NCBI GenBank assembly: GCA_951406725.2
Contig: OX597839.1
Location: 22,630,001 to 22,694,000 of the forward strand
Reading direction: 5' to 3'
Source of the DNA: Octopus vulgaris
Taxonomy: Eukaryota
Length of the DNA stretch: 64,000 nt
The position numbers and the translations under genes are program-made. Each line of letters starts with the position of its first letter. Position 1 is the stretch's first letter. The notes beneath the pieces are model-generated. The model saw nothing but the letters and a program-made list of their open reading frames with translations, made no database searches and was not told the origin of the DNA. Below are positions 51,074 through 62,639 of this stretch, piece by piece.

Positions 51074-51492
51074 GGCGGCGAGCTGGCAGAAACGTTAGCA
51101 CGCCGGGCGAAATGCGTAGCCGTATTTTGTCTGCCGCTACGTTCTGAGTTCAAATTCCGCCGAGGTCGACTTTGCCTTTCATCCTTTCGGGGTCGATAAA
51201 TTAAGTACCAGTTACGCACTGGGGTCGATCTAATCGACTTAATACCTATGTCTGTCCTTGTTTGTCCCCTCTGTGTTTAGCCCCTTGTGGGTAATAAAGA
51301 AATAGGTATTTCGTCTGCCGTTACGTTCTGAGTTCAAATTCCGCCGAGGTCGACTTTGCCTTTCATCCTTTCGGGGTCGATAAATTAAGTACCAGTTACG
51401 CACTGGGGTCGATCTAATCGACTTAATACCTATGTCTGTCCTTGTTTGTCCCCTCTGTGTTTAGCCCCTTGTGGGCAGTAAAGAAACAGGTA
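51074..51492 (+). mobile_element. SINE family B with 184-bp tandem duplication of its body
   Basis: gtattt(t/c)gtctgccg restarts at 51122 and 51306. Confidence 0.92.
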
Positions 51493-51569
51493 TTAAAAGG
51501 GTTGAATATTGTTGCAGTTCCAGAAGAATTGGGTTCTTCTCCAAGCTCTCCTCACTCTGAGTTTCTCAC

Positions 51570-51884
51570 CTGGTCTCACTCCCACATCTGCCCTATTCAC
51601 CAGATTTAGCACCTGTGGACTTCCATCTCCCCCCACCCCAAGAGGAAAATGCAACTCAGAGGTCACCGTTTTGGTATCATTGTCGAGATTCAGAGCAAAT
51701 AGTAGAAGATCCTTGACTTGATAATGGGAAACGACTTCCAGGCCAGACTCCAAAATGGCCGGAATGTTGGGACTGGTGTAGTGCTGAGCAAGGTGACTAT
51801 TTTTGAAGGAGATGAGGTTAAAACTCAGGCAAATAAGTTGTTTTTTATTAAACATAAACAAGTCTGGAAACCTTTTGATACCAC

Positions 51885-51890
<6 letters not shown>
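51570..51890 (+). mobile_element. Mariner transposase C-terminal remnant with right TIR
   Basis: PHLPYSPDLAPVDF from 51582 (mariner YSPDLAPxD motif), then MQLRGHRF..NDFQA..WDWC..QGDYF with frameshifts; ends cttttgataccacctca|TA. Confidence 0.85.
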
Positions 51891-51928
<38 letters not shown>

Positions 51929-52346
51929 ATGTGTTTCTGGGGGTAGCAAGATCGACGAAAAAAAAATGCTGTGAGCAGTAGAAATGATGTTTTGGCAACT
52001 GCATTCTGCTGTCTTTTACTGTTTTTACTACATAATATTGAAGTCTTACAAATGCAGACTGACATCAGCTTTTTGGAGTCTATTTCATCACGCACACACA
52101 CATTATATGCATACATACATATATATAAGGTTAATCCAAACGGGAAAACAGAAAAAACAACAACACGTGGAACAATTACAGTATTATTATTATTAGGCGC
52201 TCAGGAAAATGGAAGAAGAGTCAGTGGAGGGACTCTACTACCTCATGTGTTCTTAACATTTAAATCCACATCTTTGTCTATATATCTACCTTCTCTATAA
52301 TGTTGCCACTTGATTTGAAAATTTTTGTATTAATGGAAAACCTCTA

Positions 52347-52439
52347 TAATTGGCTGATGAGTACTCAGCATTTTAAAACTGTTGTAATACTTACAACATT
52401 TAATAAAATGATGTAGTACGAAACGATCGTACTAAATTA
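52347..52439 (+). ncRNA. Hammerhead ribozyme (type I) with intact core and 59-nt stem II
   Basis: taattgg-CTGATGA(52354-52360)-gtact...agtac-GAAA(52420-52423)-cgatc-GTA(52429-52431)-ctaaatta. Confidence 0.85.
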
Positions 52440-52571
52440 CCGGAGTCATTCTTGTTGCTTATTTTGATTATAGTCACCCCACGGATTTTTATGGATAACA
52501 CCATACAAAATTCTGGTGCATCTAAATTAAGTACCATATTCATTTGAATTTGAATCTAAATTTTTGCTGAA

Positions 52572-52610
<39 letters not shown>

Positions 52611-52691
52611 GTATACATGCATACACACACACGCACACACACACACACACACACAAATATATTCTCTTATTCTTTTACTTGCTTCAGTTGT

Positions 52692-52960
52692 TGTGAGTTC
52701 AATTCCCAGCAGCATGCACTGGATCCTTGAGCAAGATACTTTATTTCACTTTATTGCTCCAGTCCACTCAGCTGGCAAAAGTGAGTAGTACCTGTAATTC
52801 AAAGGGGGCCAGCCATGTCACATTCTGTGTCTCCCTGAGAACTACATTAAGGGTATGTGCATCTGTGGAGTACTCAGCCACTTGCCCATTAATTTCACAA
52901 GCAGGCTCTTCCATTGATCGGATCAACTGGAACTCACATCATCATAACTAATAGAGTGTT
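52692..52960 (+). mobile_element. Family C/E-related SINE, 5'-truncated
   Basis: gagttcaattccc..ccttgagcaagatactttatttcac..ctgtggagtactcagccactt..gatcggatcaactggaac. Confidence 0.75.
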
Positions 52961-53689
52961 CTCTCTCTATCTATATATATATACACATTCATATATATAT
53001 ATATATATATACGCATACATTCATATATATATATACGCATAAATGGCGGTGCCCCAGCATGGCCACAGCTCATGAGCTGAAACTGGAAAAATCAAAATCA
53101 AATACATACATCTGTACTTATGTATATACCGTTGACATCTAGTCTTCCACTGGTTTCAGCTAGTTGACAACGGCCATGCTGGAGCACTGCTATTATCATT
53201 TCATACGTCTCCCACAGGTACACAGCACGTGTCCACCACTAATGAAATTAGGAAATAGTTCCAGTAATTCTCCCTTGAAACTAGCACGTGCACAGAGACT
53301 CGCCCTCCACTTTCTCTCCCTCCTTCTTACACACAGTGGGCCCTATATTCCACCATATTTTCTAACCCTCCCCTTTTTTTTTTTTTACTGGTCCCCAGCC
53401 ATTCAGCTGTGACCACGCTCTCCGAGCGTAACCTAGTTGTCCCCGATGTGTGTGTATATGTTCAGAACAAAAGACCTTTCGAAAGCCTCCACGACACAAA
53501 TGCGTTGAATTAGTTGCGAGGAAAGATTATTTTGTAAGGTTTTTGGTAATAAACGGAGAGTGGGGGTGGCGGAGGGGGGGTCAGACAGTGAAGAGGAAAC
53601 AGTTGTAATATTGAGAATGATGTGGTGTGGGAGGTGGGGTGGGGTAGGGGAAGATGTGTGGCAGGGGGTGGGGGTGGTTTGTCACAGCT

Positions 53690-54140
53690 GTAGAGAGAAT
53701 GCAGCAACAGTAGCAGAGAGAGAGAGGGAGAGAGTGTATAGAATGAGTGCAGAATGTATAATAATAGCCGCAGGGTGTGTGTGTGTGAGTAGAATAAGCA
53801 GAGGGTGTATAGTAATGGCAGTGTGTGTGTGTGTGTATGTATGTATGTAGAATTAGAGCAGGATGTATAATAACAGTAGTGTGTGTATGTGGGTGTATAT
53901 ATGTGTATAGAATCAATGCAGTGTGTATATTTGTGTGTGTGTGTAGAATCAGAGCAGGATGTATAATAGCAGTAGTAATAATGGTGTGTGTGTTTGTGGA
54001 TGGGTGTATATACATGTGTTTAGAATCATTGCAGTGTGTGTGTGTGTGTGTAAGCAGTGCAGTGTATATAGCTGCAGTACCAGGTGTATGGTGTAGAAGA
54101 GAGAGAGAGAGAGAGAGAGAGAGTGTGTATGACTGTAGTA
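53690..54140. repeat. Diverged ~55-60-bp tandem repeat with (TG)n cores
   Basis: Recurrent tagaat.agagcaggatgtataata.cagt units. Confidence 0.8.
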
Positions 54141-54637
54141 TGGCAGTAATACAGGAAGTCTGGTAGCAATAGAGAAAGAAAGAAAGAGCGTCGAGAGAGA
54201 AGCATCTGGGAGTATAACAGGAGTCAGGAGTACAGGGAGTATAAAACCAAATCTAGAAGGGAGAAGGGGAAATGGCAGCAGGAAAGGGTCAGGGGTAACT
54301 AAACAATTTAGATCATCCAAGAGAAACAGTAAGGGCAGAGAGAGAGAGAGAGAGAGAGGGAGAAAGAGAGAGAGGGAGAAAGAGAGAGAGGGAGAAAGAG
54401 AGAGAGGGGGAAGTGAGTGAGAGTGCGAGGAGAAGTATGTTGATGTCTCTTGTGGAATTTGTTGCCAATCTGTGTTTTAAGTGGTGAGGATTTTGGTTGT
54501 ACTCTAAGTAGAGCTGCTTCCCCAGCCTCCAGAATATCTGGCACACAGCGAAAAACATAAGCATTGTTTAAGCAAGACATATTCTCATGGCTAAATATAA
54601 ACTGTGGCTTGTTTCATTCAAAATGAGGAAGTAATCA

Positions 54638-54679
<42 letters not shown>

Positions 54680-55199
54680 AGTTAATGTGTGAGAATTAAT
54701 GCGCGTGTGGGAATGTATGAATTAATGTGTCTGCTTGAAGGGAGGCCCTTCTCTGAGAAACTCACCTCACGACTTCTAATTCCATTAAGAAATTGAATAA
54801 GAGGTGAGGGGGGTGGGAATCTTGGTCAAGGAAATTCCTGTAAAAATTGTATTTCCACTGGAGTTTTGTCTTTTTATTGTTGTTGTTGTTGTTGAAAGTA
54901 AACAAAAGGGCAACAATGAAAACGTCAATTACAAAAGAAGCGATAAAGAAACCAATCTCAATGTGATGACCATTTCGAGGAAATAATATCGTAGCAACAA
55001 GAAGCCTTTTATTCCCGTTTATATTTATCTTTTCTCACCATTTCTGGTTTTCTCTTTTATTTTCAAATAATAGAAAAACAACAACAAAAGAAAAGAAACA
55101 ATAAAAAAGTTTTTTTTTAAAAACCACAATAGTAAAATTATAAAAAAAAAGTACCCCTCTCTGCCATCCCTGAATATCTATGTTAATGATGGATATGTC

Positions 55200-55408
55200 T
55201 ATAATAATAATAATAATAATAATAATAATTGTGTACAGTGCTCAGGTGCACTACAACTCATCTAAAGTGTATATATAATCAGGTGTAGTTTCAGTGGATT
55301 TCGGAAAGCATGAGGGCCTTAAAGGATGCAGTGTCATGGCAGTCAACAACTGATGCAGGCAGTTTATTCCATGCTTCAGCAACTCTGAGCGTGAAAAAAT
55401 GTTTCCGA
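55200..55408 (-). mobile_element. CR1-like LINE 3' stub
   Basis: Near-identical to 7862-8068. Confidence 0.88.
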
Positions 55409-55514
55409 GATCTAAGAGGAGAGAAGTAGAAGAGAAGGAAGGAGAGAGAGAGATGAAGACAGAGAAGTATGTTAGGGGTAGTGAAGGCCTTATGACCCCT
55501 AATAAGAAAAGTAG

Positions 55515-56430
55515 AGAGTAAAGTTCCTTCCTGAGTCATCTAGGTTCATAAGGGCCGGTTTGCTGGTTTCCAAGGTGTATGAGTTCCCAACCTGGATGGG
55601 AAGCCAGTCCCTCTCAGGTTAACTCATTTTTGCCAACTGAGTGGACTGGAGTAATGTGAAATGAAGTGCTTTGCTCAAGAGCACAATGCAGCACTCGATT
55701 CAGGAATCAAAACCACTCAGCCATACATAGATCATATATATCTATATATATATTCTTTTATTTGTTTCAGTCATCTGACTGTGGCCATACTGGAGCACTG
55801 CCTTAAGTCGAATAAATCGATCCCAGGACTTATTCTTTGTAACCCTAGGACTTATTCCGTCAGTTTCTTTTGCTGAACCGCTATGTTACAGGGACGTAAA
55901 CACACCAACATCGGTTGTCAAGCAATGGTGGGGTGACAAACACAGACACACAAATATATACATACACACATACATATACATGACAGGCTTCTTTCAGTTT
56001 CCATCTGCCAAATCCACTCAGAAGGCCCTGGTCGGCCCGAGGTTATAGTAGAGGACACTTGGCCCAAGACATCATGGAGTGGGGCTCAACCCAGAACCAT
56101 GTGGTTGGGAAGCAAGTTTCTTACCACACAGCCATGCCTGTGCCTAATATATATATGTATGTATATATATATATAGTAAGGTAGATAGATGTTTAGTGCT
56201 CACTATTCCATAAGGAACACAAGGGTAGTTACAGTGTGTATATTCCTTCGTGCTTGGGATGTGTTGGTCTGTTGCAGGATTATTCACTTTTGCCAGTTGA
56301 GTGGATTGGGGCAATGTGAAATAAAGTGTCTTGCTCAAGGACACAATGTGTTGCTCGGTCCAGGAATCGAAACCACAATCTTACGATCATGAATCCAACA
56401 TCCCTAACCACTAAGCCACACACCTCCATA
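55515..56430 (-). mobile_element. SINE cluster: E-related (55515-55722), A (55750-56144), E-related (56255-56430)
   Basis: Diagnostic blocks shared with other copies. Confidence 0.8.
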
Positions 56431-56739
56431 AGAAGAGTAAGATCAGGAGATGGGGTTTTGTTTGGCAATCACAGGATTCTGGGTTCAATCCCATTGAACA
56501 ACACTTTGGTTAAGGAGGGCTTGATCAGAGCTTCCTGTTATGCAATGCCTTGTAAGAGAAAATTAGGGGGCAGACACCATGCAGGAACTTGCAGTATATG
56601 AGTGTATGTATATGTGTGTATGCGTGCGTAGGTGTGTGCATGTCTATGTTTATATGTATGTATGTATGTGTATGTGTGTGTGTGTGTGTGTGTGCATGTG
56701 TATGTATATGTGTTTCTGTCAGTATGTGTGTGTGTGTGT

Positions 56740-56964
56740 GAGCTGAAAGAAACGTTAACACGCCGTGCAAAATGCGTAACCGTATTTCGTCTGCCACTAC
56801 GTTCTGAGTTCAAACTCCGCCGAGGTCGACTTTGCCTTTCATCCTTTCGGGGTCGATAAATTAAGTACCAGTTATGCACTGGGGTTGATATAATCGACTT
56901 AATCCATTTGTCTGTCCTTGTTTGTCCCCTCTGTGTTTAGCCCCTTGTGGGTAGTAAAGAAATA
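56740..56964 (+). mobile_element. SINE family B
   Basis: Matches 51074-51305. Confidence 0.88.
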
Positions 56965-57190
56965 TATATGTGTGTGCATGTGAGACTGTGTCTGTATGTG
57001 TTTTATATCAAAACATGCTGCTGTTTACATCATACGCTTTTATATTAACTTAGCAGTCTGATACACAGAGATCAATATATTAACTGATATAATTAATTTT
57101 GAAACAACAGAAAAGTACAAAATATCCTATTGTTTTTTTTGCTTGTTTTTTATCGTTATTTTTTTTTTAGTTTTGTTTAAGTTGACATAC

Positions 57191-57322
57191 CTTTAACGAC
57201 GTGCTGTGCGAGGTGAGGACCACCTAAAAACCCTCCTCCCTCAAGCTGTTGCAGGAAATGTTAATTGATTAAAGAAAAAAGACTCACCTGAAAAAGTAAA
57301 CAAGGAAAAGTAATCGTTAGGC
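57191..57322 (-). other. Candidate recursive splice site (branch point, polypyrimidine tract, CAG|GTGAGT) with 97-nt cryptic RS-exon
   Basis: Minus: gcCTAACgattacttttccttgtttactttttCAG|GTGAGT; downstream donor AAG|GTATGT at 57191/57190. Confidence 0.55.
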
Positions 57323-57807
57323 TGATTGATTAACGAAACAAAACAAAACAAGACAAAATGTAAAACAAATAATTAAAACAAATATTTGCGTGAATATTTA
57401 TGTCAGTCAAATATTTTGTTAACGCAGCCCCCCCACCCCGATCGTGAACCAACAGCTATATCAATAATAGACAAACACCAACCCACCAGTACCCAACCTA
57501 AAAGATCAATATAATATGTGCCACAGGGAAGATTACTTATTGAACAGTTTGACTTGGCTTTGATTTATTTATTCTTCTCCATGTCACACCTGTGTGTTGT
57601 TCATACCCCCACCCTGATATCTATGATGATGATTATTGTCAAGTTAGGTCAGATGTGGGGGAATGTGCTGTTGCAGCAAGTTCCTGCATTCACCATGTCT
57701 CGATATATTCCTGGTTCCTCCTCCTGGGTGCCAGAGTCTGGCAGAGTCCCAATTTGGTCCCTAATACTGTGAGATGCCTCTTCATCTGCCATGACCATAT
57801 GACATGT

Positions 57808-58050
57808 ATGAGGGATCGCTGAAAAGTTCCTGGCTTTGAGTAAAAGAAAATACAAGAAGATTGGTTAATTATGATTTCATTCAACATATTCCCCTCCCAG
57901 ATTACATAAGTGGCATGGAGAAGAGAGGTTGGTATGCATGGGCGACTGCTGGTCTTCCATGAACAATCTTGCCTGGACTTGTGCCTTGGAGGGGAACTTT
58001 CTAGGTGCAATCCCATGGTCATTCATGACCAAAGGGAGTCTTCAACCTTA
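57808..58050. mobile_element. Mariner-MITE fragment joined to a family-E 3' fragment
   Basis: tgagggatcgctgaaaagttcctggc..attcccctcccagatt, then ggtatgcatgggcgactgctggtcttccat..ggtcattcatgacc. Confidence 0.75.
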
Positions 58051-58312
58051 ACCTTTTTACACACACACACACAATTGCAAGCTTGAAAACAAACTGGATT
58101 TAAAATTTACAACAACTGTTTCGAGAGAATATTGTTGATGTATTTATAGATTACATCATAGCCTATAATCTACCATCATTTGCAGGTAAAATTTTCAACA
58201 GGTATAAACAGGTGAGATAATACCTTGATGATTATGTATCTAACAGATGACCTATTGATGCATGTATATATCGTCAGTGTTTCATATATTCAAAAAGGGG
58301 CACATTCTAAAT

Positions 58313-58443
58313 CAGTAGTTCCGAAACCTTTTCTGCCTGCCACCCCATTATTATCCTGCTTTTCCTCAATGCCTCTCCCACCCACTCACTGAGTCTTTCC
58401 ACTGCTCCCAAGGGGCCAATAATACCTGCTTTGGGTACCACTA
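58313..58443. mobile_element. Small hAT-like MITE
   Basis: cagtagttccgaaa...tttgggtaccacta; flanks ttctaaat / ctctaaag. Confidence 0.55.
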
Positions 58444-58657
58444 CTCTAAAGCACTGAAGTTGTAATGTTTAGAAGGTTGTTTGTTATAGCTGGTCACAGC
58501 AAACAACCTTCTAACCCCAAAATCCACACACGCACACATGAAAAATATTGAGAAAGGGTTGAAAATGTGCTAAATTTTAATACAAATACATATTTTTTTT
58601 ATTTGAACAAAACAAGTTTTTGTTTTTTTAAACATAAGAGCTAAGTATTTTTCCCCA

Positions 58658-58702
<45 letters not shown>

Positions 58703-58851
58703 CACACACAAACATATATATATATTATAAAAGTAAAAAATAACCAAATATATTTTAACATAACAAATGTTTTCATATAAATAGTTTTACTGAAAATATA
58801 TTAATGTATATTTTCAAAAGGTAAGTTTTACACACACAACTCATGAGTATG

Positions 58852-58908
<57 letters not shown>

Positions 58909-59279
58909 GAAGAAGAATGATGATAATTTTAAAACAAGGAGGTTTCATATCCAATAGCATAGCTAAAAAGGGTGAAGTGGAATGAAGTAGTGTAGTTCAC
59001 CCTGGGTGGCAATTGTATGCATTATAAGATATTCTTCATGGGGAAGGGCAACAAATTCTAGGACCATTTTAGGCAGCACAAATACTAGCTATATGAGCAT
59101 TTCTTTGATAAAACCAGAAACTGTATAAGGTAGGTTGGTATGAAAAGAGTTAAGGAATTTGTAGAAGCAAGGAAAAATAATGAGTCGGCAGAATTTAGTT
59201 TTGGTGGTCAACATCTAAATGAGATGACAGTTGACTTTCCCTTTCATCAAGCAGAGATTGATAAAATGCCAGGTATGTA

Positions 59280-59499
59280 TGAGGGGGGTGCTGAAAAGTT
59301 CCTGGCTTTCAGTTAAAGAACCTACAGGAGGATTAGTTAATTATGGTTTTATTCAACATATTCCCCTCTCAGGTTCAAACACTTATTGCAGCAGCCCTTC
59401 AGTTTTTTCTAAGCCCTGTAAAAGAACTCAGGAGGTTGGGCCTCCAGCCAAGCCTTTCGTGACACCCTTAAAGCCAAGAACTTTTCAGCTACCTTCTTG
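59280..59499 (-). mobile_element. Mariner-derived MITE
   Basis: TA|tgaggggggtgctgaaaagttcc...aacttttcagctaccttcttg|TA; reverse of 22353-22578. Confidence 0.85.
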
Positions 59500-59897
59500 T
59501 ACTTAGAATAAATACCAGATATGTACTTGGAAAAAGTACCATATGTGCCTAGAATTAGTATCAGACATCTACTTGGGATAAGTATGAAATATGTCCTCAG
59601 AGTTAGGTACTTGGTTAGGTTCTTTGAATAATTACCAGAAGTGTACTCAGAACGAGTACAGATATATCTCTGGCCAACTTCAGTCAAATATACTCAACTA
59701 AATCCAAGTCTGTTTCCTTGTAGTTCAGACATGGCTGTGCAGTTAAGATATTCGGTTTACAACTACATGGTTCTGGGTTCAATCCAACAGCTCAGCACCT
59801 TCATGCAAGAGTCTTTTGCCAAAGCTTTGAGTTGACCAATGCCTTGTGACTGGAATTAAGTAAACAGAAACAGTGCAGAAACCAGTGTGTTGTTTGC

Positions 59898-59928
<31 letters not shown>

Positions 59929-60079
59929 TATCCAGTGTTTTAAATCCGGGTTTTGTCCCCGTTAATGGGGGTGGCCAGACCTAAGAAGGAAGGAAAGGGG
60001 AGAAACCTTGCTTAGACAGGACACCTGGATTGAGTGCTTGCAACAGAGAAGACTTCATATAAAAACACTCAGTGGTCAG

Positions 60080-60153
60080 ATAGTGGTGGTGGTGGTGGCA
60101 GTGGTGATGGTGGTGATGGTGGTGGTGGTGGTGATGATTTTGGTGATTATGAA

Positions 60154-60184
<31 letters not shown>

Positions 60185-60250
60185 ATGTTAATGATGATGT
60201 TATGTTGATGGTGGTGGTGATGGTGACAATGATGCTGATGATGATGGGGA
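60080..60250. repeat. (GGT)n/(GAT)n repeat
   Basis: Directly visible. Confidence 0.95.
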
Positions 60251-61200
60251 TGGCAGTGTTAGACAGGGGAATGGATTGGGTCTGCCACTCAAGACCAACT
60301 GCGGCAGCCTACCCAGGCCCCCAGGCAGGGTGTCACAGTTTTCCTCTACCCACTCACAATGCTTTCCATTACCATGAGACTATGACAGAAGACACTGTCA
60401 TGGAGTGGGATTGAACCGAAAACCACCTACTTACAAAGTAAACTATTAATCACATAAGCCACTGCCTGCATCCCACATGCTCGTTATAATGTCTGTCTTT
60501 GCATTTCACTAATTATTGACACAACGTGTTGACGGCTTTTTTTACGTTTTTTTTTTTTTTTTGTGTTTTTTTCTTTCTTTTTTTTTTTTTGCCTTTATTA
60601 ATCAAGGCTGACAAAGCAAAAAATATAATTTGTTTAGTTTGCTGAAATTTTATTATTTTTAACAAATTGCTTGGGTGTTAAGTACACTCGACCAGTTATA
60701 TACAATATGTCGTATCCTGGAGGCAAACTGCAGGCTCTGCGCAAAGACAAAATCAACCACACACACACACGCACACACACAGATGTGCGCTCAGAGTTAC
60801 ATGGCAACGTTAGCTGTTCGTGATATTGATGGCTGCTTTAATGGTTAACACTGAATAATATTACATTCTAGGTATTAACTAAAATGTGTAAAGAAAGATT
60901 TGTCCTCGTTTCAAGTCATTAATTAACTGTTTGTTAATATTGACTCAACCATTTCTTCTCGTTATGAAACAGAATGGAAGTGTGTGTGTGTGTGTGGAGG
61001 GGGGGGCAGCTTGTTGATTAAGCTCTTGTTCGACATGGATTTTCTATTGTCGTAACTTAAATACTGTTCAGACGTGGAGAGATTTTAATATTTGCTGCTG
61101 GACAGTAAATAAGCTGTCTTCATTCATACATGGCTGTCTGTGTCTTCATTTACTAAGATCTCTCTCTCATACACACACACACATGCATATAGTAATTATG

Positions 61201-61470
61201 ATAATAATTCTTGGATGAAATTTATAAATATTTTAATGCATTGCTACACACGTTTCTACAAATTACATGTTTCTTAGGATCATAGTCCATATTCCAAGAA
61301 TGATTACAATACAGTCCGAAGTATCCAAATAAATGCATGAACACAATCTATCCGACGTCCCTGGATACTACGCACTGTACTATAATCATCTCAAGAATAT
61401 GGAAACAGGATTTGTAGAAACATGCATAGCAATGCTAGAATGTTTATAAATTCCATCAAGGATTATTATT
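61201..61470. repeat. ~270-bp imperfect palindrome (foldback)
   Basis: gcattgcta..gtttctacaaat / atttgtagaaac..tagcaatgc; agtatcca / tggatact near the centre. Confidence 0.85.
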
Positions 61471-61594
61471 ATTATTATTATTATTATTATTTCTATATTT
61501 ATCCTACATTATATCAACACAACTCAGTGTGACACCAAAAAACTGGTTAACTCGCAGGTGATTTTACTAACACACACCACTATTTACACATATA

Positions 61595-61985
61595 GGCGCA
61601 GGAGTGGCTGCATGGTAAGAAGTTTGCTTCCCAACCACATGGTTCCGGGTTCAGTCCCATTGCGTGGCACCTTGACAAAGTGACTTGTACTATATAGCCT
61701 CAGGCTGACCAAAGCCTTGTGAGTGGATTTGGTAGATGGAAACTGAAAGAAGCCTGTCATATATATATGTATGTATGTATTTGTGTGTCTGTGTTTGTGC
61801 CCCTAACATCACATGACAACTGATGTTAGTGTGTTTATGTCTCCGTATCCTGGCAGTTCAGCAAAAGAGACTGATGGAATAAGAACCAGGCTTACAAAGA
61901 ATAAGTCCTGGGGTTTATTTGTTTGACTATCAGCTGTGCTCCAGCATGGCCACAGTCAAATGACTAAAACAAGTAAAAAGAAAAA
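61595..61985 (+). mobile_element. SINE family A
   Basis: Collinear with other copies. Confidence 0.9.
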
Positions 61986-61994
61986 AAGGAGAAT

Positions 61995-62156
61995 ATACAT
62001 ACATACATACATACATACATGCATACATACATACATACATGCATACATACATACATACATACATGCATACATACATACATACATACATGCATGCATGCAT
62101 GCATACATACATGCATACATACATACATACATACATATATACATACACATACATAA

Positions 62157-62187
<31 letters not shown>

Positions 62188-62265
62188 CATACACATACAT
62201 AAATACATACATACATACATACATACATACATACATACATACATGCATACATACATACATATATA
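61995..62265. repeat. (TACA)n tetranucleotide repeat
   Basis: Directly visible; similar tract at 36971-37120. Confidence 0.95.
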
Positions 62266-62284
62266 TTTATCTGGATGAAAAATT

Positions 62285-62489
62285 TGATCATTATAAGAAC
62301 TAATTCATTAAATGGATTATGGATTTCAATAAATGTCATGAAATGAAACGAAGCAGATTTTATTGTTAACGATGGATTATCCAATTGTTCATTTGAATAA
62401 TTGAATAATCCCTCATTAACAACAAAATCTGCTTCGTTTCATTATATTTGATTAATTGAACTCTAATTAATTAATGCTTATAATGGCCA
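62285..62489. repeat. ~205-bp imperfect palindrome (foldback)
   Basis: aatgaaacgaagcagatttt / aaaatctgcttcgtttcatt; cattataag / cttataatg. Confidence 0.88.
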
Positions 62490-62639
62490 TTTGCTTATAC
62501 ATCTATACATATAAATACACACATGATGGGCTTCTTTCAGTTTCTGTCTACACAAATCCTCTCACAAGCCTTTGGTCAGCCTGGGGCTCTTGTAGAAGAC
62601 CCTTGCACGAATACCAAAGTATGCTTCCATGGAACGACC

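Noticed and set aside
54308-54632. Short ORFs on either strand (MSCLNNAY.. / MAKYKLW..)
   Set aside because: No recognisable homology; one runs into a (CT)n repeat
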